A DNA stretch of 64,000 bases from an uncultured archaeon (GTDB lineage Archaea; Thermoplasmatota; Thermoplasmata; Thermoplasmatales; Thermoplasmataceae): the NCBI GenBank assembly GCA_000965745.1, contig CP009479.1, forward strand, positions 800,001 through 864,000, in the 5' to 3' direction. This document shows positions 41,557 through 51,488 of the stretch, piece after piece. The position numbers were made by a program, and so were the translations under genes. Within the stretch, counting starts at the first letter, position 1. Each line of letters begins with the position of its first letter. Below the pieces are notes generated by a model that saw only the letters and a list, made by a program, of their open reading frames with translations, was not told the DNA's origin and ran no database searches.

Positions 41557-42264
41557 TCATATCTTGCTTCTGTCCTTCAGAATTTTTATCTCGGCCCCGT
41601 CCTTTGCCTTTCTTGTTATGGAATCCATTATTTCGCCTTGCATTCCGGAAGGGATTTCGAGGAGACCTACCCAGGAACCGTCACTGCCCCATTCTTCCTT
41701 GATTATGTAACCACTCTTAGCAAGGTCCCCATATACTTTTCCGTAAGCCTCTCCAATAAGCTTTACCGCCATCTTTGTTTTTTCAAACCTGATAGGTATT
41801 ATGGGCCTGAGTGCTTTCAGAACCATATCTACCTGTTCATTGGCGGTTTTGAATGGGTCCACGTGAACCTTGGCGTCCTCCATCGCCTGAGAAATCCTGG
41901 CAGGGGGGTGTGGGGCGTTAGTCTGGGGATTAATGCTCTCCCTTGAGATTATTTCCACTATCTGTTTCCTCCTTTTCTCGTACATGGCACGCCTCTGGTC
42001 AGTCGTAAGCTGAATCTGCCCCTTCTTCACAATCTCGGTGGCAACGGCAGAAATGTCTGTGGTGCCAAATACTTCTTTAATGGCATCGTCCCCAATTTTC
42101 TCGCCCTTTCTGGCATCTTTGAAAACCTGCTCTAGTGCGAGATCATTTTCAACGTCAATTTTGCCTGCCCTTATTCTATCCGTTGAATCCGGGTCGACGA
42201 GAATCTCGAACTTGTGACCGTGTGACTCCAGTCGGGCAACGATGGAATCCTCTACTCTGACCAT
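41557..42264 (-). CDS. sbds: Ribosome maturation protein SBDS
   Basis: G.KFEILVDP, QLT.DQRR, PHPP.RI..AM. Confidence 0.95.
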   Translation of the reverse strand: MVRVEDSIVARLESHGHKFEILVDPDSTDRIRAGKIDVENDLALEQVFKDARKGEKIGDDAIKEVFGTTDISAVATEIVKKGQIQLTTDQRRAMYEKRRKQIVEIISRESINPQTNAPHPPARISQAMEDAKVHVDPFKTANEQVDMVLKALRPIIPIRFEKTKMAVKLIGEAYGKVYGDLAKSGYIIKEEWGSDGSWVGLLEIPSGMQGEIMDSITRKAKDGAEIKILKDRSKI

Positions 42265-42300
42265 ACTCTATAATCAGGTATAAAAATAAAAACAATTTCA

Positions 42301-42561
42301 TTACTCCTTCTCGCTTGTCCCTTCGACTCTCGAGATGGGATGTTTACGCCGGTACCATTTCCTGAGTGCAAACAATGCCCACACTCCCTCAATTATCCCA
42401 AAGGGCCATGTACCAGACAACCAACCGTAAATGGAGGCTCCGAAGGAGGATATGCCAAAAATGAATGTGTATACCGTTCCCCTCTCCTCAGCAACATATG
42501 AAACCATCATCACAGTAACAGCCGCGGCACCGAATGCGTTGAGTGTACTTAGAAAAACCAT
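42301..42561 (-). CDS. Small 3-TM hypothetical membrane protein
   Basis: YG.L.G.WPFG..E..W...A.R.W pattern; start at ATG 42561 (track starts 42582). Confidence 0.7.
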   Translation of the reverse strand: MVFLSTLNAFGAAAVTVMMVSYVAEERGTVYTFIFGISSFGASIYGWLSGTWPFGIIEGVWALFALRKWYRRKHPISRVEGTSEKE

Positions 42562-42728
42562 GAATCTGAAAACGGTATTCACAAAAAAATTGTCGTTTGG
42601 ACAGAAGATAACCTGCAGTTCTAAAGCTTTACATCAGTATAATATTCAAGATACTTTTATTCAAAAATACTGTATAAAATAAAAAAAATTAACTACTCAA
42701 GAAGAAATGGAAAGATTGTTACCCGATC

Positions 42729-43430
42729 TTAAAGAAACTTTGCAACTTCTTCAGCCGAATATACTTTGAATTTCTGCCCTTCAGCAATTGAAGCCACTTC
42801 TGGAGACCTGAATTCAGAGTCTTCCTCAACTGATGCCTTCAGCGCCTTGATTGCAAGTGCTATTGCATCCTTCTCCGAAAGATCATCTTTGTACTCCTTC
42901 TCCAGGAAGTTTGTAACAGCCTCCTTGCCAGCCCCTATAGCAACGGCCTTGTACTCGTTGATAGTACCTGCAGGATCACAGTCAAACAGTCTCTGTCCTA
43001 TACCGTCATAACCTGCAAAGATCATGGACACACCATAGGGTCTTACCCCGCCGAACTGCGTATATTGCTGCATTTGGTCTGCAACCTTCTTTACGAGGTT
43101 CTCCATGTTGACCAGAGAGCCGTATGTTATCTTCTCCTGCTGTGTGCCTATTCTTGCAAAATCAATAAGAACCCGTGCATCTGCAACCAGGCCAGAGGTT
43201 ACCGCAGCGACGTAGTCGTCGATAAGCTGAATCTTTTCTAGTGAGTTGCGTTCAACCAGTTTGCTTCTTATCTTTTTGTCTGAGATTAAAGCCACACCGT
43301 TTTTGAACTTAATACCTAAGGCAGTAGAGCCCTTTTTAACTGCTTCCCTGGCATATTCAACTTGGAATAGCCGTCCGTCGGGAGAGAAGACTGTAATGGC
43401 TCTGTCATATGCCATCTGTCCCTGTTGCAT
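42729..43430 (-). CDS. psmA: Proteasome subunit alpha
   Basis: [35 protein letters not shown]. Confidence 0.98.
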   Translation of the reverse strand: MQQGQMAYDRAITVFSPDGRLFQVEYAREAVKKGSTALGIKFKNGVALISDKKIRSKLVERNSLEKIQLIDDYVAAVTSGLVADARVLIDFARIGTQQEKITYGSLVNMENLVKKVADQMQQYTQFGGVRPYGVSMIFAGYDGIGQRLFDCDPAGTINEYKAVAIGAGKEAVTNFLEKEYKDDLSEKDAIALAIKALKASVEEDSEFRSPEVASIAEGQKFKVYSAEEVAKFL

Positions 43431-43605
43431 TTGGTTTCACCTTTTGTCCAATAGGTCATTTAAGCTATAAAGGTTTTCTCGCTTCTACGTAAACAATGAC
43501 ATTACTTAACAATCCCATTAGTTACAATCTCACTAGTCTGGGAAGTCCAGTGAGCACAGAAAAATAAAATACTCTTTGTATCTGTTTGATTAGAGGGAAT
43601 ATCGT

Positions 43606-44793
43606 TTGCTTCCATATTGCAGAAAATGCAAGGGGTACACAAAGAAGTGCACCCTTGACTCATGTCCGATGCTGAACATTAAGGTTAAAGCGTCAGGCAA
43701 TCTTCCCATCGGAACTGGCCAGATAGCTTCCTTTACTCCTCCGGGCATTTTCATCGGGACATATAATTACCCTAACGTTTTTGCCGGTCCCCTTGCGGTA
43801 GCAGACCCTGAGGCGGGATATCCCTCTGGCAAGGAGTACGGGAAGACCATTGAGGATGTAATTTCCCTCAACAACAATGTGTACCGTGCTTCTCAGAAGA
43901 CAAGAGTCAAGGATATGGGGGCAGGATTCACCATTTCATTGCAGGAATCTACGATGTCTTTGGACTTTGTTGACATGGAACTGGATGTAGCGAGGCATCT
44001 TCATGCTACCACCGATATGGACAGAATTTCAGAGGCCCCAATGAGATCAATGGTAGAGCTCAACTCAATGAAGATTACATCCAACCCCAGGATTCCTAGA
44101 AGGGTTGACTATTTCCATGGAGACACTGACCTCAAAGCTGAGGACGCCGTATGGGCACTTTACAAATCCGGGTTAGGCATCACATACCTAGAAGGAGTCC
44201 TTTCATCGGGGTCGCTTGGAATAGGGAGGAGAAGAAGGCTGGTTCCAACCAGATGGTCAATAACCGCTGTAGATGATATTATCTACAGGAACATGAAACA
44301 GGAGATCATTGACTTGCCAATAATTCCCGGGATAGAGGTATTCAAAAAATCATACCTTGGAAATGATTTCACAATTGTCCTGCTTCCATACTCCATGGCA
44401 TATGAAATGCAGGAGATGTGGAACAGCGGTTTTTCAGCCACCAATAAAAATGTGAGTATAGATCATGAGTTCATGGAGGGGAGGAAGAAATATGCCAGCA
44501 ATGTCGGGGGGGCTTATTACGCGGCCAGACTTGCAGTGTTTGAATACCTCACGCGGATACGGAGGCAGGCCTCAGTCATAGTCCTCCGGACCATCGGAAG
44601 TGAATATTACACCCCACTGGGCGTATGGCTCGTCAGGGAGACTGTCAGGGATGCATTTAAGACCAGGCCTGCCAAATATGCTTCAGTTGAGGATCTGGTC
44701 AGGAATGAACCCACAGGAATAAAAAACTGGCACGGCTTGTCCAAAGTTCTCAGGAACACCTATGTTCAGAAGAGCATATTCGAGTATATCTGA
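43606..44793 (+). CDS. nreA: Nre-family DNA repair protein
   Basis: N-terminal CxxCxG...C...CP, TPP.IF.G..NYP, RRLVPTRWSITAVD, GAYYAARL, PLGVW..RE; C-terminal PIP box QKSIFEY. Confidence 0.88.
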   Translation: MLPYCRKCKGYTKKCTLDSCPMLNIKVKASGNLPIGTGQIASFTPPGIFIGTYNYPNVFAGPLAVADPEAGYPSGKEYGKTIEDVISLNNNVYRASQKTRVKDMGAGFTISLQESTMSLDFVDMELDVARHLHATTDMDRISEAPMRSMVELNSMKITSNPRIPRRVDYFHGDTDLKAEDAVWALYKSGLGITYLEGVLSSGSLGIGRRRRLVPTRWSITAVDDIIYRNMKQEIIDLPIIPGIEVFKKSYLGNDFTIVLLPYSMAYEMQEMWNSGFSATNKNVSIDHEFMEGRKKYASNVGGAYYAARLAVFEYLTRIRRQASVIVLRTIGSEYYTPLGVWLVRETVRDAFKTRPAKYASVEDLVRNEPTGIKNWHGLSKVLRNTYVQKSIFEYI

Positions 44794-45636
44794 GTGAATA
44801 TCATGGAGTTATGGGACATTATTTTCGACAACCACATGCATCTGAGGGAAGACGGGTATAACATAGAAGCCGCAAGACAGTTTGAACACAGTGGGGGCAC
44901 AGCATTCAACCTGGTGAATCTTCCAAATCACGAATTACCTGCGGCAGATTACTATGAGAACGTTTACCGCAAAACCTTGAAACTCGCGGAAATGGTCAGG
45001 CGCGAAACCGGAGTGAAGGTTGCCGTTACACTGGGACCGTACCCCCTGGACTATCTTCATTTCTCAAGCCATGTAGGGAACATCAAAGAGTTCATCCTTT
45101 CCGGAATTGACAGAGCCGTGGATCTCATACTGAAAGGGGAGGCCGATGCTCTGGGGGAAATAGGAAGGCCTCATTTCGTGACCGATGAGAAGACAGTTGA
45201 GGACGCAAATGACATTCTAGAATACGCTATGGAAAAATGCTCAGACCAGGACATTCCAATAATACTCCACACGGAGGATCTGACTGGAGATTCCTATAAA
45301 GAACTGGGTGAAATGGCTCGGAAGGCGGGATTCGACACTGGCAAACTCATAAAGCACCACGCGCATCCGAAAGATTTCTCCATCGACAGCATTCTGCTGA
45401 AATCTGTCCTGGCAACCAGGAAGAATGTGAGGGAGTCATTAATCATGAGCAGGGGATTTTTCCTGGAAACTGATTACGTTGACGACAGGTCCAAGCCAGG
45501 GAAAGTGATTCCAGCAGATTCTGTGCCTAAAAGGGCCTTGATGATAAAGAACCAGTATGATGACTGGGAAGATATTTTTGAATCAATCTTCAGGGATATT
45601 CCAGTTTCAGTATTCGGAGAAGACACGTTATTCTGA
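44794..45636 (+). CDS. TatD-related metal-dependent hydrolase
   Basis: DNHMH, GE.GRPH, LHTE, KHH, ETD. Confidence 0.85.
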   Translation: MNIMELWDIIFDNHMHLREDGYNIEAARQFEHSGGTAFNLVNLPNHELPAADYYENVYRKTLKLAEMVRRETGVKVAVTLGPYPLDYLHFSSHVGNIKEFILSGIDRAVDLILKGEADALGEIGRPHFVTDEKTVEDANDILEYAMEKCSDQDIPIILHTEDLTGDSYKELGEMARKAGFDTGKLIKHHAHPKDFSIDSILLKSVLATRKNVRESLIMSRGFFLETDYVDDRSKPGKVIPADSVPKRALMIKNQYDDWEDIFESIFRDIPVSVFGEDTLF

Positions 45637-45693
45637 AAGGAATGTTGCCAACAGGTGAAACAAATTTAATAATTCAAACGCATATAAAACAGA

Positions 45694-46353
45694 ATGACTC
45701 TCACCCCCGCTCAGATCGATCACATAGCTAACGATCTAAAATCCTTGATAAGAGTGGAGAAGAAGTCAAAAAAGGTAAAAAAACTCGATGGCGGCTTCTA
45801 CAAAGGTGTAGTCGATGCTCTGGAGACTCTCAGGTCAGAATCGGAGAAGCATTTGAAAAACCAGGATATTTCGAGCTACATAAACATCAACAACAGGATC
45901 CAGGACATTGAGAGGGATTTCAAGGACTTTTTCCAGAGGCGCTTCAGCAAGATGGCAATCCTCTCCCTCTACGAGCTCGACTCGGACCTCATGAACTCAC
46001 TCACCGGGGAGGAGAGGGAATTTGTGATCAGGCTTCATAACATGATGCAGGATGAATTCAACAGGCTTCTTCTGAAAGAGAGAGTGGCCCACGAAGAGGA
46101 GGTCGAAGAGCCCGAATTGCAGCCCGCAGATGAGAAAGAGGAACCAGTTCGGCAGCAAGAGATCCGTGAGACCCACGAGCAGGCTGCAGAAAAGAAGTTC
46201 ATCCTCGTTAGAATCGTGGGGGATCAGCCTCCTATCGCCCAACCTGAAAGAGATTACTATCTTCATGACAACGATCTCGTATATCTACCCGAGAATTTCG
46301 CTGAACTTCTAGTTAAGCGCAAGACTGCTGTCAAGGTTAACATCAGGATATAA
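45694..46353 (+). CDS. DNA replication GINS subunit (Gins51 type)
   Basis: Helical A-domain (FY...; RR..K....S; LT.EE), acidic linker, beta B-domain (VRI..D.P...; D..YLP...A..L). Confidence 0.7.
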   Translation: MTLTPAQIDHIANDLKSLIRVEKKSKKVKKLDGGFYKGVVDALETLRSESEKHLKNQDISSYININNRIQDIERDFKDFFQRRFSKMAILSLYELDSDLMNSLTGEEREFVIRLHNMMQDEFNRLLLKERVAHEEEVEEPELQPADEKEEPVRQQEIRETHEQAAEKKFILVRIVGDQPPIAQPERDYYLHDNDLVYLPENFAELLVKRKTAVKVNIRI

Positions 46354-47091
46354 CCATGGGAACGAAGGGTGTTGCATCACTCATGCCATAACCCAGTCCA
46401 CGATCAGGAGAGCTATAATAATAGGATATTGTACTTCCACAATGAATCAATAGCCAAATGGATGAAGAATGCCTGAATATCAGTTTTTGCACACTCTGTT
46501 TGTATCTCTCTCTTACTATATTATTATAATCATGGTGTTCCAATTCCACGATGGCTCGCGTCAAGTACCGGCACAATTGGTGATGCTTATTATGTAACCA
46601 CTATGCCTACCAAGTGCAGTTTATCACTGATCGGTTCGGGTGAGAATAATCATGGGACATCAGGAGATGATAGGAAACAGAGGAAGGTAACTAATTTTTC
46701 ATTGTTTTCTTCCTGCAGGAATGCACTACGAAACTTCTCATTACCATTAATCGCCTCAAGATGGCTAAAGAGAGGGATGAGCGCGATTACCAAACAAATG
46801 ACGAAACAAGAAAGAGAGAGTGCAGTTCGTGGTGCAAATGCTGTCCGGACGGAGAGTACTGGATCCGACCCACTGGAACTTAGCACCTTGGGGGCGTTAA
46901 CATGCAGAATGTTGGACAGGGCCTTCTTTATTGTATTCTTTATAGAACAAAACATGAAGAATCCACATTTAATCGGTGAACATCGCTTTTGACCTGAAAT
47001 TCAAATCAAGTGGACAGTGGTTAAACATGTGAGGCGCACTTCTATCCTGCACACTCTTTGAGTTATGCAACTCAGGTTCAGTAGTGCAAAG

Positions 47092-47099
47092 CTTAAATC
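47092..47099 (+). promoter_or_regulatory. TATA box of the RNase P RNA gene
   Basis: CTTAAAT preceded by GCAAAG, about 25 nt before the P1 5' strand. Confidence 0.5.
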
Positions 47100-47121
47100 T
47101 GCAGTCGCATAGGGGGATTCA

Positions 47122-47421
47122 GGAAAAGCCCGAGGGCAACTAACGCTTGCAAAAGTGAGGAAAGTCCCCCCTCCTCGGCAGAATTCAGCCTGTGCAAGCA
47201 GGTGTTCTGAGAGGGATGGTCAAGGGAAAAGAAATAAACGGATTCCGGTGAAGAGTGACTCGAAGAGAAGACGTTTCCGGAAGTGCCGATGGGAACCCTT
47301 CCTGGATGGAGAAAGTCTAAACGGGCCCTGTGAATCTGCCGTGAGGGCCGGGTAAGACGAATAGTCGAATGTTGCCAACCCTTGTTGGGTGAACAGAAGG
47401 GGGCTTACTCCGGGCATTTCC
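47122..47421 (+). ncRNA. rnpB: RNase P RNA (archaeal, probably type A)
   Basis: P4 strands GAGGAAAGTCC (47157-47167) and AACAGAAGGGGGCTTAC (47392-47408); P1 GGAAAAGCCCGAG pairs with CTCCGGGCATTTCC; 300 nt. Confidence 0.95.
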
Positions 47422-47427
47422 AATATT

Positions 47428-48063
47428 TTATCTTCTTGGGAATCTAACCACGAATCTGCATGCCCGAGATCCTGCCACAACGCGGTGTGTAGACTCTACA
47501 TCTGCCTCAAGGACATTTGTAAACAGCTCATTTTCAGCCTTGCAAGCCTCGCCATATTTTTGTGAAATAGCCAGTATTGGGCAGTTGTACTCAGTTATCT
47601 CAAAAGTGCTCTCATCAAGCTGCCTCCACTCAGACATGTAGCCCTCGTGGTCCCTCAAGGATGTTAGTTTCTTGATCTTGTCCCTTTCGGAGTACTTTCT
47701 AAGAGTCTCCCTGTATTCAGGCAGCTTCTTCTCAGTTCTCAGATGAAGAATGTTCCCCACATATTCTCGCCCGAATATGTTGTCAACGTAGTCCATGGTA
47801 TCTGTAACAATATCCTCGTAACCTTTCTGGAAAGAATTGTTTCCCTTCTCTGAAAGTGAAAAATAACACTTCGGCCTCCCTCTGCCGGAAGGAATGTACC
47901 TCCTCCTGACGAGTTCATCTTTCTCAAGGTTTCCAAGATGCTTCAGGGCGGCCACCTTTGAAATATCGAATTCCTTGCCAATCTCTTCAAGAGTAGCTTC
48001 GCTATTTCTTTTCAGGAAGTGTACAATTCCAGTCTTTGTAGAAGGTATCTCCTTTCCGCCCAT
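47428..48063 (-). CDS. wHTH transcriptional regulator, SufR-like
   Basis: HTH with HL..LE, GRGRP...F.LS; C-terminal C-x12-C-x2-E-x24-C. Confidence 0.8.
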   Translation of the reverse strand: MGGKEIPSTKTGIVHFLKRNSEATLEEIGKEFDISKVAALKHLGNLEKDELVRRRYIPSGRGRPKCYFSLSEKGNNSFQKGYEDIVTDTMDYVDNIFGREYVGNILHLRTEKKLPEYRETLRKYSERDKIKKLTSLRDHEGYMSEWRQLDESTFEITEYNCPILAISQKYGEACKAENELFTNVLEADVESTHRVVAGSRACRFVVRFPRR

Positions 48064-48221
48064 TTATTTAACATTATGTACTGATATTATAATTATTCGC
48101 TAAGTATTCTGATTTCAGGTTTTGATATCACTTTCATTCCTGAATAAATTAACATTGAGAAATACGAAAATGTTAGATAAAAAAAATATTAAGCATAAAC
48201 CAATAGTATGTTGGATACCAT

Positions 48222-48413
48222 ATGTCTGAAAAAACCTGCCAGGTAAAAGGCTGCTCAGAAATGAGTTTCAAAACAGTGGACGCATCGCTTGCGAAAAAAG
48301 TTCTGTCTGTGGAGGAGGACAAGACAAAAGTGCACCTCTGCAAGGCACACTATAAAGAATACAAGAAAGGAACCAAGAAGGATAGGGAAATTCAAAGAAT
48401 GGACTGGGTCTGA
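48222..48413 (+). CDS. Small putative zinc-binding protein (63 aa)
   Basis: CQVKGC...LCKAH; TATA-like TATTAAG upstream. Confidence 0.75.
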   Translation: MSEKTCQVKGCSEMSFKTVDASLAKKVLSVEEDKTKVHLCKAHYKEYKKGTKKDREIQRMDWV

Positions 48414-48429
48414 TTCAGGGTTACGATCA

Positions 48430-49251
48430 ATGCCGGACTCCGAGCTAGGTATTTCTGTTGTTATTACTACTTACAATGAGGGACGCTATCTTAAGGATTT
48501 ACTGGACAGTTTCGTGAAACAGCAGGGTCCAATGGAGGTACTTCTTGTTGACTCCATGAGTACCGATGAGACGGAGAGCGTTGTAAGAGAGTTCCAGAAC
48601 AAGCATAACTTCCTGAGGTACATCAGGCAGCAATGCTCAAGGGGGGAAGGCAGAAACATTGGTGTGAAAAACGCAAGTTATGATCACGTTCTCTTTACTG
48701 ATGGGGATGCTATAGCAAACCCGTTCTGGTTAAGAAAAATGAGGGAGACATTCAGGGAAGGCTACGATGTGGTAGCCGGAAAAACAATTCAGATGGGATA
48801 TGAACCATTTGAGAAGCTTGGAAGAGTGGAGCTTTATTTTGAAGATTTCGAGGTTACGTCCCCCTCTGTCAATCTTGGCTACTCAAAGAAACTCTTTCAG
48901 GAAATAGGTGGCTTTGACGTGAATTTCATAACTGCAGAAGACATAGACCTCAACATCCGGGCAGTCAAGGCCGGGGGCAAGATCGGCTTCTGCGAGGACT
49001 GCATCATTTACCACCGCACGAGGAGCACATTTGTTGGATTCATAGAACAGGCCTTCTGGAACGGATTCGGAAGAAAGCAATTGAACAATAAGCATCTGGA
49101 TGTCTGGTCCCACTTCAGATTCTCTGAAATTTTCAAGCCTGACGTCATAAACTTCTGGTATGTTGTGAGGGCAGCAACTGCTTTGCTAGGGTATACGACC
49201 TGCAAGCTCTTTGGCGATGATTTTGCAAAGCGCAGGGCGTCCGGATCCTGA
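48430..49251 (+). CDS. Glycosyltransferase family 2
   Basis: SVVI.TYNE, VDS.STD.T, RN.G, FTDGD, GGFD, ED.D. Confidence 0.9.
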   Translation: MPDSELGISVVITTYNEGRYLKDLLDSFVKQQGPMEVLLVDSMSTDETESVVREFQNKHNFLRYIRQQCSRGEGRNIGVKNASYDHVLFTDGDAIANPFWLRKMRETFREGYDVVAGKTIQMGYEPFEKLGRVELYFEDFEVTSPSVNLGYSKKLFQEIGGFDVNFITAEDIDLNIRAVKAGGKIGFCEDCIIYHRTRSTFVGFIEQAFWNGFGRKQLNNKHLDVWSHFRFSEIFKPDVINFWYVVRAATALLGYTTCKLFGDDFAKRRASGS

Positions 49252-49348
49252 TCTCCACGGAACACGCATCCGGGACTTCATCATTAAAGCCTTTATAAGA
49301 TCGGAAAAAACCGCAAACATATAAATCCGCAAATTCACTCATGATTTG

Positions 49349-51070
49349 ATGGACAAAGTGGACGGGGATTATTGGAAAAAGAAGATTGAGAAACTTCAAA
49401 ACGACAATCCCGGGAACAATCCCGAATATTCCAGATGGAAGGAGAGTACTCTTGAACCATGGAATAAGAAGACCAACTTACAGGAAAAAGAATACATAAA
49501 TTCATCAGATATCAGCATTAAAGAACTCTATAACAGCGGAGACCTTAGGAAGGGCCAGGAAGAAACCTATCTTGGCTCTCCAGGGGAATATCCGTTTACG
49601 AGGGGAATCTATCCTAACATGTACAGGGGCCGCCCCTGGACGATGAGAATGTTTTCAGGATTCGGCACTCCCGGCGACACCAACTCCAGGCTCAAGTACC
49701 TTATTTCTCACGGCGAGTCCGGGCTCAGCATTGCCTTTGACATGCCAACTCTTTACGGCTATGACTGCGACAGCAAAAGGGCAGACGGGGAGATCGGAAG
49801 GTGCGGTGTAAACGTATCATCACTCAGAGACATGGAGGATATATTTGACGGAATAGATCTTGGAAAAGTCAGCACCTCAATGACAATAAACGCTCCAGCA
49901 GCTGTTCTCACTGCTATGTACATTGCTGTTGCGAAGAAGCAGGGGGTGCCGCTGGACAAGATCGCAGGAACTGTTCAGGCAGACATACTGAAGGAATACA
50001 TCGCACAGAAGGAGTGGATATATCCGCCCGAAGCACACTTGAGGCTGATAAGAGACATGATGGTCTATTGCACAGAAAACACCCCAAAGTGGAACTACAT
50101 AAGCATTTCAGGCTATCACATACGGGAAGCAGGTTCAAGTGCTGTCCAGGAACTGGCGTTCACACTAGCTGACGGATTCTATTATGCAGAAATGGGAAAG
50201 AAAGCAGGGCTCGACATTGACAAATTTGCGCAAAGGCTCTCTTTCTTCTTCAACTCCTCAATCAACTTCTTTGAGGAGATAGCAAAGTTGAGAGCAGCGA
50301 GAAGGATCTGGGCAACCGTCATGAAGGAACGCTACGGCGCAAAAAGTGAAAGGAGCATGATGCTCAGGTTCCACACGCAGACCTCAGGGTACTCACTGAC
50401 CTGGCAGCAGCCCCTGAACAATATCATAAGGACCACGATCGAAGCAATGGCAGCAGTTCTCGGAGGTACACAGAGCCTGCATACAAATTCATATGATGAA
50501 GCGTGGGCACTCCCATCCGAAGAGGCTGTTAAAATAGCTCTAAGAACACAGCAGATAATCGATGAGGAATCAGGCATGGCCGATACCATCGATCCTCTTG
50601 GCGGATCATACTATATGGAATGGCTCACCAACAAACTTGAGGAGGAGGCATACAAATATTTCGACGAGATAGAAAAAATGGGCGGCATCCTTGAGGCAGT
50701 CAAGAAGGGTTATATCCAGAGGGAAATAGCCAAGACTTCATACAGAAGGCAGACCAGGCTCGAAGAGGGGAAAGAAGTCATGGTCGGAGTTAACAAACAC
50801 GCTGAGGAGGAAGAGCAGCCCATAAGCTATCTCAAGATTAGCCCGAAGGCCCAGGACGACCAGATCGAGAAACTGAGGAAGGTTAAGAAAGCCAGGAACG
50901 AAAATGAGGTCAAGAAAGCGCTTAAAGATTTGGAGAAGGCCATGCTGGACGAGGAAGTGAATGTGATGCCATACATCATAAAAGCTGTTGAAGAATACGC
51001 GACACTTGAAGAAATATCAAACGTAGGGAGGAAGGTCTTTGGCGGATGGAAAGAACCAGTCATTGTTTAA
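49349..51070 (+). CDS. B12-dependent acyl-CoA mutase large subunit (isobutyryl-CoA mutase-type residues)
   Basis: PGEYPFTRG, AFD.PT..GYD, SGYHIREAG, GGTQSLHTN; RMFSGF and KEYIAQKEW. Confidence 0.92.
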   Translation: MDKVDGDYWKKKIEKLQNDNPGNNPEYSRWKESTLEPWNKKTNLQEKEYINSSDISIKELYNSGDLRKGQEETYLGSPGEYPFTRGIYPNMYRGRPWTMRMFSGFGTPGDTNSRLKYLISHGESGLSIAFDMPTLYGYDCDSKRADGEIGRCGVNVSSLRDMEDIFDGIDLGKVSTSMTINAPAAVLTAMYIAVAKKQGVPLDKIAGTVQADILKEYIAQKEWIYPPEAHLRLIRDMMVYCTENTPKWNYISISGYHIREAGSSAVQELAFTLADGFYYAEMGKKAGLDIDKFAQRLSFFFNSSINFFEEIAKLRAARRIWATVMKERYGAKSERSMMLRFHTQTSGYSLTWQQPLNNIIRTTIEAMAAVLGGTQSLHTNSYDEAWALPSEEAVKIALRTQQIIDEESGMADTIDPLGGSYYMEWLTNKLEEEAYKYFDEIEKMGGILEAVKKGYIQREIAKTSYRRQTRLEEGKEVMVGVNKHAEEEEQPISYLKISPKAQDDQIEKLRKVKKARNENEVKKALKDLEKAMLDEEVNVMPYIIKAVEEYATLEEISNVGRKVFGGWKEPVIV

Positions 51071-51485
51071 GGGCAGGCCGATAAAAATATTGTTGGCCAA
51101 GCCAGGCATTGACGGTCATGACCGTGGGATACTCGTCCTCGCAAAAGCTTTCAGGGACGCTGGAATGGAAGTTCTTTACGCAGGGCTCCTCCCAACCCCT
51201 GAAGAGGTTGTAGAAACCGCAGTAAACGAGGATGTTGACGTCATCGCCCTCAGCCTCCTAAATGGTGCGCACATGACCGTATTCAAGAAAGTGGCCGATT
51301 TTCTGAAGGAGAAGAACATAAACGATATTTCAGTGGTTGGAGGTGGCACCATACCCGACCCTGACAAGTCAAAGCTTGAAGAGATGGGGATAACGGGCAA
51401 TTTTGGTCCGGGAACTACACTGTCTGTGATAATTGACCATGTTACAAAACGGGCAGCGGAAGCAAGAGAGTTGAAGATGCTCTAG
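51039..51485 (+). CDS. Acyl-CoA mutase cobalamin-binding small subunit
   Basis: DGHDRG (DxHxxG), LS.L.G.H, GG.IP; TTG start at 51039 or 51063. Confidence 0.92.
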   Translation: MADGKNQSLFKGRPIKILLAKPGIDGHDRGILVLAKAFRDAGMEVLYAGLLPTPEEVVETAVNEDVDVIALSLLNGAHMTVFKKVADFLKEKNINDISVVGGGTIPDPDKSKLEEMGITGNFGPGTTLSVIIDHVTKRAAEARELKML

Positions 51486-51488
51486 CAG

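Noticed and set aside
51039-51070. Programmed frameshift fusing the mutase subunits
   Set aside because: The large subunit has a normal C-terminus, in-frame TTG starts exist, and split subunits are standard in archaea.
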